The notes under the pieces are model-generated. The model saw only the letters and a list, made by a program, of their open reading frames with translations. It ran no database searches and was not told the DNA's origin. From IMG/VR virus record IMGVR_UViG_3300027969_000001, positions 94,715 through 158,714 of that record: a stretch of DNA of 64,000 bases. One strand, given 5' to 3'. Made by a program: the position numbers and the translations under genes. This stretch comes from a virus. Below, in pieces: positions 8,806 to 18,600 of this stretch. The stretch's first letter is position 1; each line of letters starts with the position of its first letter.

Positions 8806-9339
8806 TTAAATAGCATCTATGATTAAATGGATACGGTCGGTGTCGCCAGTATTTTCAACACTGTGATATCTATTGACATTGTCTATCACCCATATCTCGC
8901 CAGTTTTTAAGTTCTTTGCTTCGTCGCCCACTTTGAAAATGCATTTTGTGCTGGTGATTACAGGGACGTGTATTCTGTGTGTTTTGGCAGTTAGTGGCCC
9001 TTTGTCCCTATGTCTGGGAATAACCGTATTCGCCTTAAGCCGGGTTAACATTGCCTGCTTAATGACCATCTCACCAAGAGTCTTTGCTGTCGTTCTGACT
9101 ATCTCGTCAATGTGCCCCTCGAAGATAGCGTAGTTTTCATGTGTGATTCCAGAATTTAATCTTTGCGTTAGGTCATACATAAGTGGAATGGTATCGGTGT
9201 TGGAGGCGGCTGCTCCACCATTCATTTTGCGTTCTTTATTTTTTTCCCAGTCTCTGTCAGTTAGTGAATTTACATCATTAAGAAGGTTTTCAAAAAGCGC
9301 CATGTTTCCTATGAATTGAAAAGCTTTACTTTCTTTCAT
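8806..9339 (-). CDS. Asp/Asn beta-hydroxylase-like 2OG-Fe(II) oxygenase
   Basis: IPRHRD (HxD), RIHVPVIT, GEIWVIDN, HSVEN.G.TDRIHLIID; GAGG RBS before ATG 9339. Confidence 0.85.
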   Translation of the reverse strand: MKESKAFQFIGNMALFENLLNDVNSLTDRDWEKNKERKMNGGAAASNTDTIPLMYDLTQRLNSGITHENYAIFEGHIDEIVRTTAKTLGEMVIKQAMLTRLKANTVIPRHRDKGPLTAKTHRIHVPVITSTKCIFKVGDEAKNLKTGEIWVIDNVNRYHSVENTGDTDRIHLIIDAI

Positions 9340-9357
9340 AACTACCTCATATATGGC

Positions 9358-9397
9358 AAAAACCCCGCCCACACCGTTCGAAGGTGCAGGCGGGGTT
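9358..9397 (-). terminator. intrinsic terminator after major capsid gene
   Basis: Minus strand AACCCCGCCTGCACC-TTCGAAC-GGTGTGGGCGGGGTT followed by T tract. Confidence 0.8.
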
Positions 9398-9411
9398 CCG
9401 CTTAGTGCTTA

Positions 9412-10761
9412 TTAGGCTTCTGGAGCGCCGTCGAATGTTACTTTGACGAATGCTTCTGGGCGCTTGACTGCAAGTGCAAGACGCTGTTCAGCAAGAACAA
9501 CGATTGCGTTACGTACGAAGAAGTCGCTATGCTGTTCAGAAATTCTGATGCTAGCTTCTTCACGGTCGTACAATTGAGCACCAGTACCGAAGGCACCGAC
9601 GAGTGCGACTCCTTCTGCGATTGCTGGAGTGTCAACCAATGGCATGCGCCAAACTTTTGGCTCGCCGCCCATTGCAACTGAAACTGCGATGAGGTATTGG
9701 CCATTCTTGTCCTTGGTCAATTCGATATCTTCCCAGTCGTTCGGGTGAAGAACAACGCCGGAAGGCTCGTAGTATGCAAGGTACGACAAGGTAGCCGCAC
9801 GACGGATTGAGTCTGCCTTGGTGTCGGGCACTGGTAATGTTGCACCTTCTGACCATGAGTACTCCTGGATGTTTGGAGTCTGGAGAACACCGAGAAGGTT
9901 TTCGCCAGTTCCGTCACCGTTAAGGATTTGTGAATCCTCAAGAAGGCGGAGACCGTACATCAACTCGTTATCAATGATTGAACGAAGCTGTGGCTCGTCT
10001 GCAAGAACATTACGGTGCGCTGCTTCCCAGTGTGCGAGTGTACGCACTGGAGCTTGCTCACCAATGAAGTTGAATGACGACTGTGGCTTTGCTGCGAATG
10101 CTGAACCGTTACGCTCAGCTACTGCTGCCGCGTTATTTGTACCGCCACCGGTGAGGGTGGTGAAGCCAAGCTGGCGGAAGTATTCGATTACCTGTGCGTT
10201 TGTCTTGCGAACTGGGAACAAGTCACGAACACGCTTTGTACGCATTGGAGGGATAACGATTGAGTCACGCTGGATTGAACCGAAAACCGCATCTGCACCA
10301 CGGGCCATTGAGCCTGAAGGCATACCTGAGAAAACGTCTTTAACGTTGTACGAGGTAAGAGATGCTGAAATCTGCCAAGGAGCAGGCATGTTAGCGCCAT
10401 TACGGCCACCGTTCAGTGCCTTGAACTCAGCGGAATCGGTGAACATTTGACCAATGCTCTTGATTTCGCGTGAGGAAAGCTGATTGATGTCTGCAGACGA
10501 AGCTGCATATGCTGAACCAACAGAACCAGATGCTGGCTCTGAAGACCAGCTATCAACGTTGTCCATGGTCTGAAGGTCACCAAGGAGAGACTTAATCTCT
10601 TTGATGTCACGCATGTTCTTGTCGAACGCGCTCTTCTGCTCGGTTGAAACGATAACTGTACCGTCTTCAATTTTGAATGAATCTGCGATGGCTTTATTAT
10701 CTGCCATCTTTGTGCGAAGAGCTGATTGTAGCTCTTCTACGCGGGCTTTGTCTTGCGACAT
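9412..10761 (-). CDS. major capsid protein, HK97 fold, with N-terminal scaffolding (delta) domain
   Basis: Coiled-coil N-terminus; VRDLFPV, AVAE..AKPQS, L.SIIDNELMYGL..LED.QILNGDG, DFFVRNAIVVLAEQRLALAVKRPEAFV. Confidence 0.95.
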   Translation of the reverse strand: MSQDKARVEELQSALRTKMADNKAIADSFKIEDGTVIVSTEQKSAFDKNMRDIKEIKSLLGDLQTMDNVDSWSSEPASGSVGSAYAASSADINQLSSREIKSIGQMFTDSAEFKALNGGRNGANMPAPWQISASLTSYNVKDVFSGMPSGSMARGADAVFGSIQRDSIVIPPMRTKRVRDLFPVRKTNAQVIEYFRQLGFTTLTGGGTNNAAAVAERNGSAFAAKPQSSFNFIGEQAPVRTLAHWEAAHRNVLADEPQLRSIIDNELMYGLRLLEDSQILNGDGTGENLLGVLQTPNIQEYSWSEGATLPVPDTKADSIRRAATLSYLAYYEPSGVVLHPNDWEDIELTKDKNGQYLIAVSVAMGGEPKVWRMPLVDTPAIAEGVALVGAFGTGAQLYDREEASIRISEQHSDFFVRNAIVVLAEQRLALAVKRPEAFVKVTFDGAPEA

Positions 10762-10848
10762 TGTGTACTCCTGTATGGGTAAAAGGGTTGGGTTTTTAAG
10801 GTTTTGTTTTCACCAGCCTTAGGTAAGCACCCAGCCCTGGTACTACCA

Positions 10849-10884
10849 AAAGTAACACGCCGAAAGTATGGTTTAGTGGAACTA
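10849..10884 (-). promoter_or_regulatory. putative late promoter (TAGTTCCAC-N21-TACTTT)
   Basis: Same bipartite motif and spacing as at 35542-35577, 51772-51807 and 53844-53879. Confidence 0.6.
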
Positions 10885-10943
10885 ATAATATTTACGCAAA
10901 TAAAGTGTGTAAATATTTATAGCGACAAAAACGTATACAGCAA

Positions 10944-11675
10944 TTACTGTTTCTTAATAGGCTTTTTCTTGAGGTTTTCGCGCATCACGGTACGTACAGC
11001 TGTCTCAATATTTCTCTGCTGCCTAACACCCATGTTATGTCGTCCAAGGTCTGTAGAGCCAGCCCTGTTTGCGTAGTCAGACATGTTGGTGCATGGCATC
11101 CAAACCGCACGACCTGTTTTCGATATTCGCCTACTCACGCCAATGCATCCCATTTCACGGGCTTTTTGACGTGCTGATTCGATATCCATAAAAACATTAG
11201 AGTCATTATCTCTGACGTATTCGGGACCGGCGGTCTTGCCTGATTTTTTAACGGAATCATTTGCTCTTGGCTTGTATCCATTTGTCATTGGGGGAACAAT
11301 CCCCCCACCAAAAGCGGTAACCGTATTGCCAAAAGTATCTAACGATTCCTTGACAGCTACAGAGTTGGTGCCACTAACTAGTCCACCACCGGGAAGGGTA
11401 TCTATGGCCAGAACTGGACGTTCACGCAGCCTTTCCCAACCGTCTTCTCTTCTTTTTTTACGTTTTGCAGTCATTCCATCTTTTTCGGCCCTTGGATTAG
11501 GAACAACAGAACGCCATTTCGACCCCTCTGCCATCGTGGAAATTCTGTCAAGTTCAGTTGGAGACGAACAGGGGTTCCACTTATTGTCTTTATCTAGATG
11601 AGCGCCGGAACAGCCGATGTCTTTTGCAAGTCTAAGGGCTTGCATCTTTGGCGTTATTGATTCAACGTTTTTCAT
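10944..11675 (-). CDS. protein with two DUF3721-like Cys motifs
   Basis: ALRLAKDIGCSGAH...WNPC and ARQKAREMGCIGVS...WMPC. Confidence 0.65.
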   Translation of the reverse strand: MKNVESITPKMQALRLAKDIGCSGAHLDKDNKWNPCSSPTELDRISTMAEGSKWRSVVPNPRAEKDGMTAKRKKRREDGWERLRERPVLAIDTLPGGGLVSGTNSVAVKESLDTFGNTVTAFGGGIVPPMTNGYKPRANDSVKKSGKTAGPEYVRDNDSNVFMDIESARQKAREMGCIGVSRRISKTGRAVWMPCTNMSDYANRAGSTDLGRHNMGVRQQRNIETAVRTVMRENLKKKPIKKQ

Positions 11676-12405
11676 TTTTTTGCAACCTTGACTGAATTGA
11701 CATTTTTATTTTTTCTGACATGTCAATATCTTCTTTAGTTTCTGTTTCAGCAATAGATTTAACTCTTCGCTCAACTCTTCTTGAACTGCTTTTTTCTTCA
11801 AGTTTTGAACTGTTATTCAAGAATCTTCTCATGGAGCCTTTACCTACAGACAGCATAAGTTTTTCTACTGTGTACTGGGAGAGCGCATCGTTCTTGCGAT
11901 GAGTGAAAACGTTACTGCTCTTGTTGAATCCTATGTTTATGCCATCTATTGCTGCTATAGCAGTAGATGTTTTAGATGCAAGATTAAATTTTTTGGCTTT
12001 ATAGTTGACAATATTTGACTTGTCTTCGCTATTTTTAAATATATTCATCGGGGCAGAAGAAGATGGAATATTCTTCTTTGTGCCAAGCAAGTTTCTGCCA
12101 ACATGAAGCATTGGGGACTGTTCGGTAGTCTTTGTTGACCCAATTTGCTTTATTGTTTTTTCATAGACATCACCAAATGAGCTATTCAGCATTTCTTCCA
12201 TCTGCGGGTTTACTTCTCTAAATGGAGTAAGCATAAAACCTTCAGGAATTTGTTTTGTGTCTATTGAACCGAATCTAGACATGTCAGTGGCTATTGATTT
12301 TCCAAATTCTGTAATGCCCTCAACATTTAAGGAGCTATCTTCTTTGATGAGGATTGCATGAGGAGTATTTCCAAACACGTCTTTGATTATTGATACATGT
12401 TTCAT
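11662..12405 (-). CDS. hypothetical protein (head module)
   Basis: ORF coupled to the upstream stop (TAATG at 12405). Confidence 0.6.
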   Translation of the reverse strand: MKHVSIIKDVFGNTPHAILIKEDSSLNVEGITEFGKSIATDMSRFGSIDTKQIPEGFMLTPFREVNPQMEEMLNSSFGDVYEKTIKQIGSTKTTEQSPMLHVGRNLLGTKKNIPSSSAPMNIFKNSEDKSNIVNYKAKKFNLASKTSTAIAAIDGINIGFNKSSNVFTHRKNDALSQYTVEKLMLSVGKGSMRRFLNNSSKLEEKSSSRRVERRVKSIAETETKEDIDMSEKIKMSIQSRLQKNEKR

Positions 12406-14450
12406 TATGCAGTTCCCTTCATTAGCCACTTCAACACGTTTTTCTGAGAAGAAAGAGTGTTTAGTCTATTTGTGTATAGTTTTTGAATAATATTCAAGTG
12501 AAGTTTTTCTCCAGTTGATATCCCGTATTTATCAAGATTATTTGAAAATCTACTCACATTAAAAGAACGAGCTTTAGCTATCAGGGAGTCAATCATTTGA
12601 ATATAGGCAACGCGTTGAGTGGCTTGAAGCTGCATGTAATACTGAGAGTAGGCAGGTATTAAGGTACTCTCAAAATAGGACTCAAGCCTTATTTTGTTTC
12701 TTTGTGTTACTGATATCTTGTCGAGGTCAATAAGTCCTGAAGTTGAGTTTTGTCCAAGAACAAGACGCGCACCGTCAGGTGTCTCTACTGGATAGATGGA
12801 AGACATTGGCCTGTCTCTTTGGTCGGTGAGAAAATCTGAAATCATCATTCTTGCAACATCCTGAGGAGGTAAATCTGCAAACTTTATATCTGGATTGAAC
12901 TTCCCGCCAGGAATGGCAGACTGCACTTCTTGGCGAAGAAACTTTCTTTTATCCCCTGGAGGGCCAGCAAATATAACATCTGGAGACTCAAGGCCTAAAT
13001 GTTGTTGCAGGTCAGATGCAAATCTTTCTCCAATGTGTTGGAAGTCTTTTGGTCTTTCGTAGAGGAAATACTTGTTCCCCCCAGCGGTTACAGCGGTTAT
13101 GCCGTTTGCCATCTTTTGACTTTGCACTACATTTGACTGGGATAGTACTTTTGCCAAGATGTCGGGAGATATATCCGCGAGGCTTCCTCCGTCAGCTATG
13201 TGGTTTATAGCTTCATCAAGATTCCCTATCATTTCAGACGAACCAGCAAAACTAACCGTATTTCTTGCCGTACTGGATTCAATAGTCTGGGGAACTTCTC
13301 TCTTGGGGTTTGAGAATAACTGGTTTGCCCATCTGACGGTTCTTCCAGACCTTTCATTTGGGTTAGGGATGTTTATAAAGTTCTCAGTAAACTTTATGCC
13401 ATCTCCAATTTCTGCAGAAATACTTCTTAGACGAACAGATGGGTCATTTGCATTTGGAATAGCTTGAGATGAACTAACTAGTCTTCCAAGTTTTCTGCGT
13501 TCCCCAACTGTTAGTTGACGAGCTTTTTCTATCGAGATTGTAGAACCACCTGGAAGTACGTAAACAAGTTTTCCAACCCCCGTGTTGGAGAGCATGCCTA
13601 GTTCTTCTCCACCAATATCCCTCGGAGATAGGGCTGACATAATAAATGCCGCCCCTTCCATGTCTCTATTGTCAGGTATCGCACGAAGCACTTTGTTGGG
13701 CACCACGGGCTCTAGTACGAAGCCGTCTCGTCTTACCATTCTTCGTATTTTGGTACCAGAAGACTTGTTGAATTCGCCTATGGCTTTTATCGCTTCTGCA
13801 ACTCTAGATTTTTGTATGTCTGAAGCAAATATGCCAATTTTAGGTATCTGTGGAGCTCTCGATGCTATTAACCCGGATGGCGACGGCATGCCGGTTATGG
13901 GTGTTCCTTGAGCATTTACTGCGTTTACCGCAGAGCGAGCCTGTCTAGCTAAAGACAACGAAACACCAAGAGCTGAAGGGATATCAAATAACTTAAGCCC
14001 ACACGTAGTCAGCCTATTATCCGTAAACCGACCACCAAATTGGTACCCCTCTGGACACCTATAGGCACTGTTGCCGCCAGGCTTCGACCCACCACGTCCG
14101 CCAGGTATTCCTGGTCTTCCGGGTGTTATGGTTCTGAATCCTATAGAACGAACAGGACTTTGAATCCTGTCACTATCTCCAGGGACTATCGTGCTAACAA
14201 GGGAACTTAACGCAGAAGAGCCAGCGTTGGCTTTTGTTTGGAATCGTTCATTGTAGGAAGTTAGTTTTGTTTTTCTATGGGCCCCAAATACACGGGCCAA
14301 AGTTTTATAGTCAACAAGCTCTTGAGAAATTGCACCGATTCCTCTTATGTGGTCAACTGCCACCTTTGACTGGACGTCAAAAAGTATCACTCGCGTTATT
14401 GTTGATGAATTATCAGAACAACAATTATTAATACGAGCAGCTTTATCCAC
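12405..14450 (-). CDS. putative internal head protein with degenerate HipA/PI3K-like kinase domain
   Basis: GTG 14450 overlaps upstream stop; RCPEG..GGRFTD motif; C-terminal ERFASDLQQHLGLESP...DFLTDQRDRP resembles a HipA-type kinase fold. Confidence 0.55.
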   Translation of the reverse strand: MDKAARINNCCSDNSSTITRVILFDVQSKVAVDHIRGIGAISQELVDYKTLARVFGAHRKTKLTSYNERFQTKANAGSSALSSLVSTIVPGDSDRIQSPVRSIGFRTITPGRPGIPGGRGGSKPGGNSAYRCPEGYQFGGRFTDNRLTTCGLKLFDIPSALGVSLSLARQARSAVNAVNAQGTPITGMPSPSGLIASRAPQIPKIGIFASDIQKSRVAEAIKAIGEFNKSSGTKIRRMVRRDGFVLEPVVPNKVLRAIPDNRDMEGAAFIMSALSPRDIGGEELGMLSNTGVGKLVYVLPGGSTISIEKARQLTVGERRKLGRLVSSSQAIPNANDPSVRLRSISAEIGDGIKFTENFINIPNPNERSGRTVRWANQLFSNPKREVPQTIESSTARNTVSFAGSSEMIGNLDEAINHIADGGSLADISPDILAKVLSQSNVVQSQKMANGITAVTAGGNKYFLYERPKDFQHIGERFASDLQQHLGLESPDVIFAGPPGDKRKFLRQEVQSAIPGGKFNPDIKFADLPPQDVARMMISDFLTDQRDRPMSSIYPVETPDGARLVLGQNSTSGLIDLDKISVTQRNKIRLESYFESTLIPAYSQYYMQLQATQRVAYIQMIDSLIAKARSFNVSRFSNNLDKYGISTGEKLHLNIIQKLYTNRLNTLSSQKNVLKWLMKGTA

Positions 14451-15123
14451 AGCACTCTTCTTCAAGGGATTTTTGAACAGTAATTGATACAACAACACGA
14501 GCACCACTATGGTCGTCTCCGTGGACTTCCCAGTTGTCATTGTTTCTAATAGCGTTAGTGAACGATGGCTCCATCTCCATAAAGTCACGCAAAACGGTCA
14601 TTGCATGCATTATGTCATCTTCTGTAACTACGTGGTTTTCTGCAGTGTCATATGGAGAGAAATCATGAAAGAACACGTCAGTTGATGCTTCGGCTGACTT
14701 ACCTGCTCCTTGAATTACGTTTGCAGGTTCTTTGCCTGTATTGATGTGTGTAGAGAATTGCCTATCATTCCAGTTCGTAAGTTTTTTAAGCTTCTTTCTA
14801 CAGTTCTTCATCCCAGGATGATGACATCCTTCATTTGGCCATAGTCCTGTAGTTTCATGATGTAACCATGCGCACATGTTGTTAAGTGGGAATAGCTCTG
14901 GATGGTTAGCCAAAATAAGACGGCACCTACGGAATCCGCCCTCTTTACGCATGATTGGACGCCAGTAGCGGAGGAGGCGCTCTAGATTGCCTCTGCGTGG
15001 CCCATGACCATGCATGATGTCACCAGTGATTCGTTCTTGTGGCAAAAAGTCCGGGACGGCATTTTGGGGCGTAGCTGGTACGTCAGCTGGAGAGATTTTT
15101 ACCTCATTGTCGTAGTCACTCAT
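14443..15123 (-). CDS. head morphogenesis-associated protein
   Basis: LLRYW...GGFRRC...CAWLHHETTGLWP motif, recalled from actinophage head-maturation genes. Confidence 0.55.
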   Translation of the reverse strand: MSDYDNEVKISPADVPATPQNAVPDFLPQERITGDIMHGHGPRRGNLERLLRYWRPIMRKEGGFRRCRLILANHPELFPLNNMCAWLHHETTGLWPNEGCHHPGMKNCRKKLKKLTNWNDRQFSTHINTGKEPANVIQGAGKSAEASTDVFFHDFSPYDTAENHVVTEDDIMHAMTVLRDFMEMEPSFTNAIRNNDNWEVHGDDHSGARVVVSITVQKSLEEECCG

Positions 15124-15124
15124 C

Positions 15125-15628
15125 TTATTTTTCCTCTATTTGTTTGAGAATTCTCATGGCAGTCCATGCTTTATTCTTGTCGCTTAATGTCTTGAATGAC
15201 AGATTTCCTATATCAGACTGTACCATCTCGCCACAACATGAATTGGATAGCTGCAAATTGCGTAATTGTTTATTAAGGAATGACTCAACTGCGTCAGATT
15301 TTGACTTAATATTTCTGGCGTTTCTGCCAAGTGATGTATATATTTTTATACCCTCAAGCATGGTTTTGTCTATGTCAATTGTTTTTGTTATAAACGTTTC
15401 ATACCATTTCCCACTAGTCACAGAATGAGGTGAATCCCATAGGGTTCTATGAAATCTTGAAGACCTCATTTTGGTTAAACCGGAAACCTTTGATGTAAAT
15501 GCAAAAAAATCTACACTTACGGTTCCTCCGTCTTGCTTCTCCACGACTCCATCATCACCGTCTGGGCCGGCATCAAGCACATAGAACAATTTGTCCCCAT
15601 GTATTGAGCCGACCAATACTGCCCTCAT
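15125..15628 (-). CDS. hypothetical protein (head module)
   Basis: 167-aa ORF coupled (ATGA) to the 2645-aa gene. Confidence 0.6.
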   Translation of the reverse strand: MRAVLVGSIHGDKLFYVLDAGPDGDDGVVEKQDGGTVSVDFFAFTSKVSGLTKMRSSRFHRTLWDSPHSVTSGKWYETFITKTIDIDKTMLEGIKIYTSLGRNARNIKSKSDAVESFLNKQLRNLQLSNSCCGEMVQSDIGNLSFKTLSDKNKAWTAMRILKQIEEK

Positions 15629-18600
15629 CGTGGCCTTCTTAGATTTGTTATAAGTTCTGGTTTCCCACCCTTACGCATTTCTTTTAAGGCTTTTTCAGCT
15701 TGTTCCTGTATGTCAAACATTATTTCGTTACGCAATATGGATTCCATATTTGCTGACGGTGAAACATTTTTTGCAATAATTCGTGGATTTTCTATATTGA
15801 TTCCATCTGGGTGGGCAATTCGTATATTATTAAAACCAAGTTTATTGAATTTATCTTTAACTCCTTGAGCTGCCCGATACTCCCGAAGCATTTGCATATT
15901 TTGTGAGTTCATTTTCCCGGCACCACCAAGAGAGTAAAAGTAATCTATTTCTTCTTGGGAAAATCCGCTTGCTCTTAACTTTTCAGAAATAGTTTTTGTA
16001 TTGACCACATCGGATATGTCTACATTGCTTGACATTTCTTTGATTTTTGAATACGGGTAGTTTATTTGCTCGACTTCATCTTTATCAAAGCCACCAAGAA
16101 TCTGTGCCTCAAATGGAACACGCTTCCTGTCCGCTGTATCGAGTTTTTTAACTGGAGCCATTTTGCCGTCATCAGATAGTCCTGCATTTACATGTGCAAA
16201 GTTTCCATCCATGCCGGCCCCCATTAAATGAAGTGTTGCATCCATATTATTGTTTTTGTTGTTCTTACCTTCTGCGTTTATTGTTGCGTCAAGAATGTCA
16301 TGCTTATTAATTGAGTTAAGTTTTACTGGTCTATGAGACGTATTCATTGCTTCTCCGCGCCCATAAGACGTACGGTTGGAAACGCCAGATTTAAGTACGA
16401 CCTCTATGTCTCCGAGGGAAGTAAGACCGTCCCCGACTATGTCTTTATCGCCTATTTCAAATATGGCGTCATTTGAAACGTTCCCCTTATTTGCGGCTGT
16501 TGCTCTGCGTATTTTTTCATCAACATGGGATTTGTGTACAAGATATCCAGAAACTGGCATTGTCTCGTTGGATACGTCTGGCGGTATACCAATTCTTGAA
16601 TAGTACTCACGAGATAGTTTTTCATTTGCCATTCCAACCGAAGCCCCTGAAGAAAACTTCGCTGCAATAGGACCAGACGTCCAACCCCGCTGTTTGTTTA
16701 TTCTTCCAAATTTTCCTGCAGTGCGTTGGCTTGTGGGTGATAGTTTTTCTGCGTCTTTAGAGACCGTGGCAACTCTCATAAACGCATCTGATGCATCCTT
16801 GTAGGCGTTGGCTATTTTTGTTTTTTCTTCAACAGACATTGTTCCTGGTTGAATGTTCTTAATAGTGGAAAGCATTTCAGATTCTGTTATTTCTCCACGC
16901 CTATGAAGGTCCCTGATTGCTATTTCTGCTAATTCTGGAGCAGAATGACGGGATATATCATTAGCGAGCTGGTCGAGCTCGTAATGATAGGTTTGAATAG
17001 CGGAACGATGTGATTCCCAGATAGCATCCCTTATGGGCCTGCGGTAAGAGCTATTTATATTTGATTTCTTTAATGCTGAATTGACTGCACCGTTAACTGC
17101 ACGTCTTTTACTTCTTCCAGAAAGGTCACCATTTTCGATGCGTACTGGCTGGGGTGAACTTTTCTTAGCATTCTTGTCTTTTTCCCATCCCTCTTGGAGC
17201 ATGGCTTGAACTATGGATTCGCGTTTTTTGCTGGCTTTTTTGACTGCATCCAATTCTCTTGTCAGCTGTTTATCAGCATTAAATGGTTCCCCATACATGT
17301 CTTCATAAGATTTTCCGCCCTCGTAAACTTCATAGGCATCATGTACCGCTTTTGCTTCAGGAGTACCATCAAGTCGACGAGCAACCTCTGCCCCAAATGT
17401 GTCGCCTTCATCCCAACCGGCAATGGGAGCCTTTCCTCTTCCTCTTCCAGTAAGAGCATCAGATAAACCACTTGATAATTTATTTATTTTTTCTTCTACG
17501 GTTTTGGGAGCGGAACCAAGACGTGCTTCTTCGATAACTGCAGCGTTGTATGCTGTCTCTCTTGCTGCAGACGCCTCGGAAAGTAGGCGACGGTCATACG
17601 CTATGCTCTGCCGTTCAGAAAGTCGCGCGGCATAATCTGGATTTCTTGATAGGCCAACTGAACCAAGTTTGATAAAACTGCCTCCGGCGTACATTTCATC
17701 CACAAGACCTGGAGCGTCTTTTTCTAGAACCTTAGCCTTAGAAACAATATCCTCATCACTTATTGAATCTATAGTTCCAACTTTCCATTTATCTTCAACT
17801 CCAAGTTTTGCAGCTTTTATGCCCCACTCACCTTGGAATACTTTTCCTAAAGTCAATCCTTCTACAATGTCCGTCTGAACTTCATTTACATTCAATGGGA
17901 GTTGCAGCTCTTTAGGTAGTGAACGATTGGCAACTATTATTGCAGCCCATCTGTGGTGACCATCAAGTATGTATTTGTCTTCTGTTGCAAGTATTGGGCT
18001 CATGAACCATAATTTGCTCATTGCTTCATCGTACGCTTTTTTAAATTCTGGGGTTCCCCTAACAAGACCAGAATCTTCTAATTTTTTTACTTGTTTAAAA
18101 ACATCTTTGGTAATATCTTCGTTAGTACTATCAACTTTTGAAGCAACAAGCTGCCTCTGGGAAGGCTGATACGTGGTTGGGTCTGCTGCTTTTGTTATTA
18201 CGCCATCCCTGCCATCTTCCGTCTTGATTTGTTCTTTCAGAAATTCTATAAATGGCATTTCAAGGTTTACTTCTACGTCTTGCCAATTTGTATTGTCATA
18301 TAACCATTGTTTTTCGTCTTCAGGTAATGCTAGGAAAGTGGCGCGATGTTCTGCTACTGTTTTTTTAGTGAGTTCGTTTTCGGTATTGTGTTTTTCACCA
18401 ATAGTTTTATAAACAAAAGCAGTTTGTTGTTGGGGAGTCATTGCAGATTTTCCATCAGCAATCAATTTTTGATTTTCTTTTTCTATTTCCGCCACATATC
18501 TTTGCTCTATTTCGATATTTTGCTTAACGGCATCACCTTTGTTGCCTAATGGGGCCCACTTCCCAGCAGCTTTGCCGTCTTTAAGCATTCTGATAGCCAC

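Noticed and set aside
14451-14588. N-terminal 46 codons of the 727-aa ORF as listed in the track
   Set aside because: They overlap the preceding gene; GTG 14450 coupled to the upstream stop is the more plausible start.
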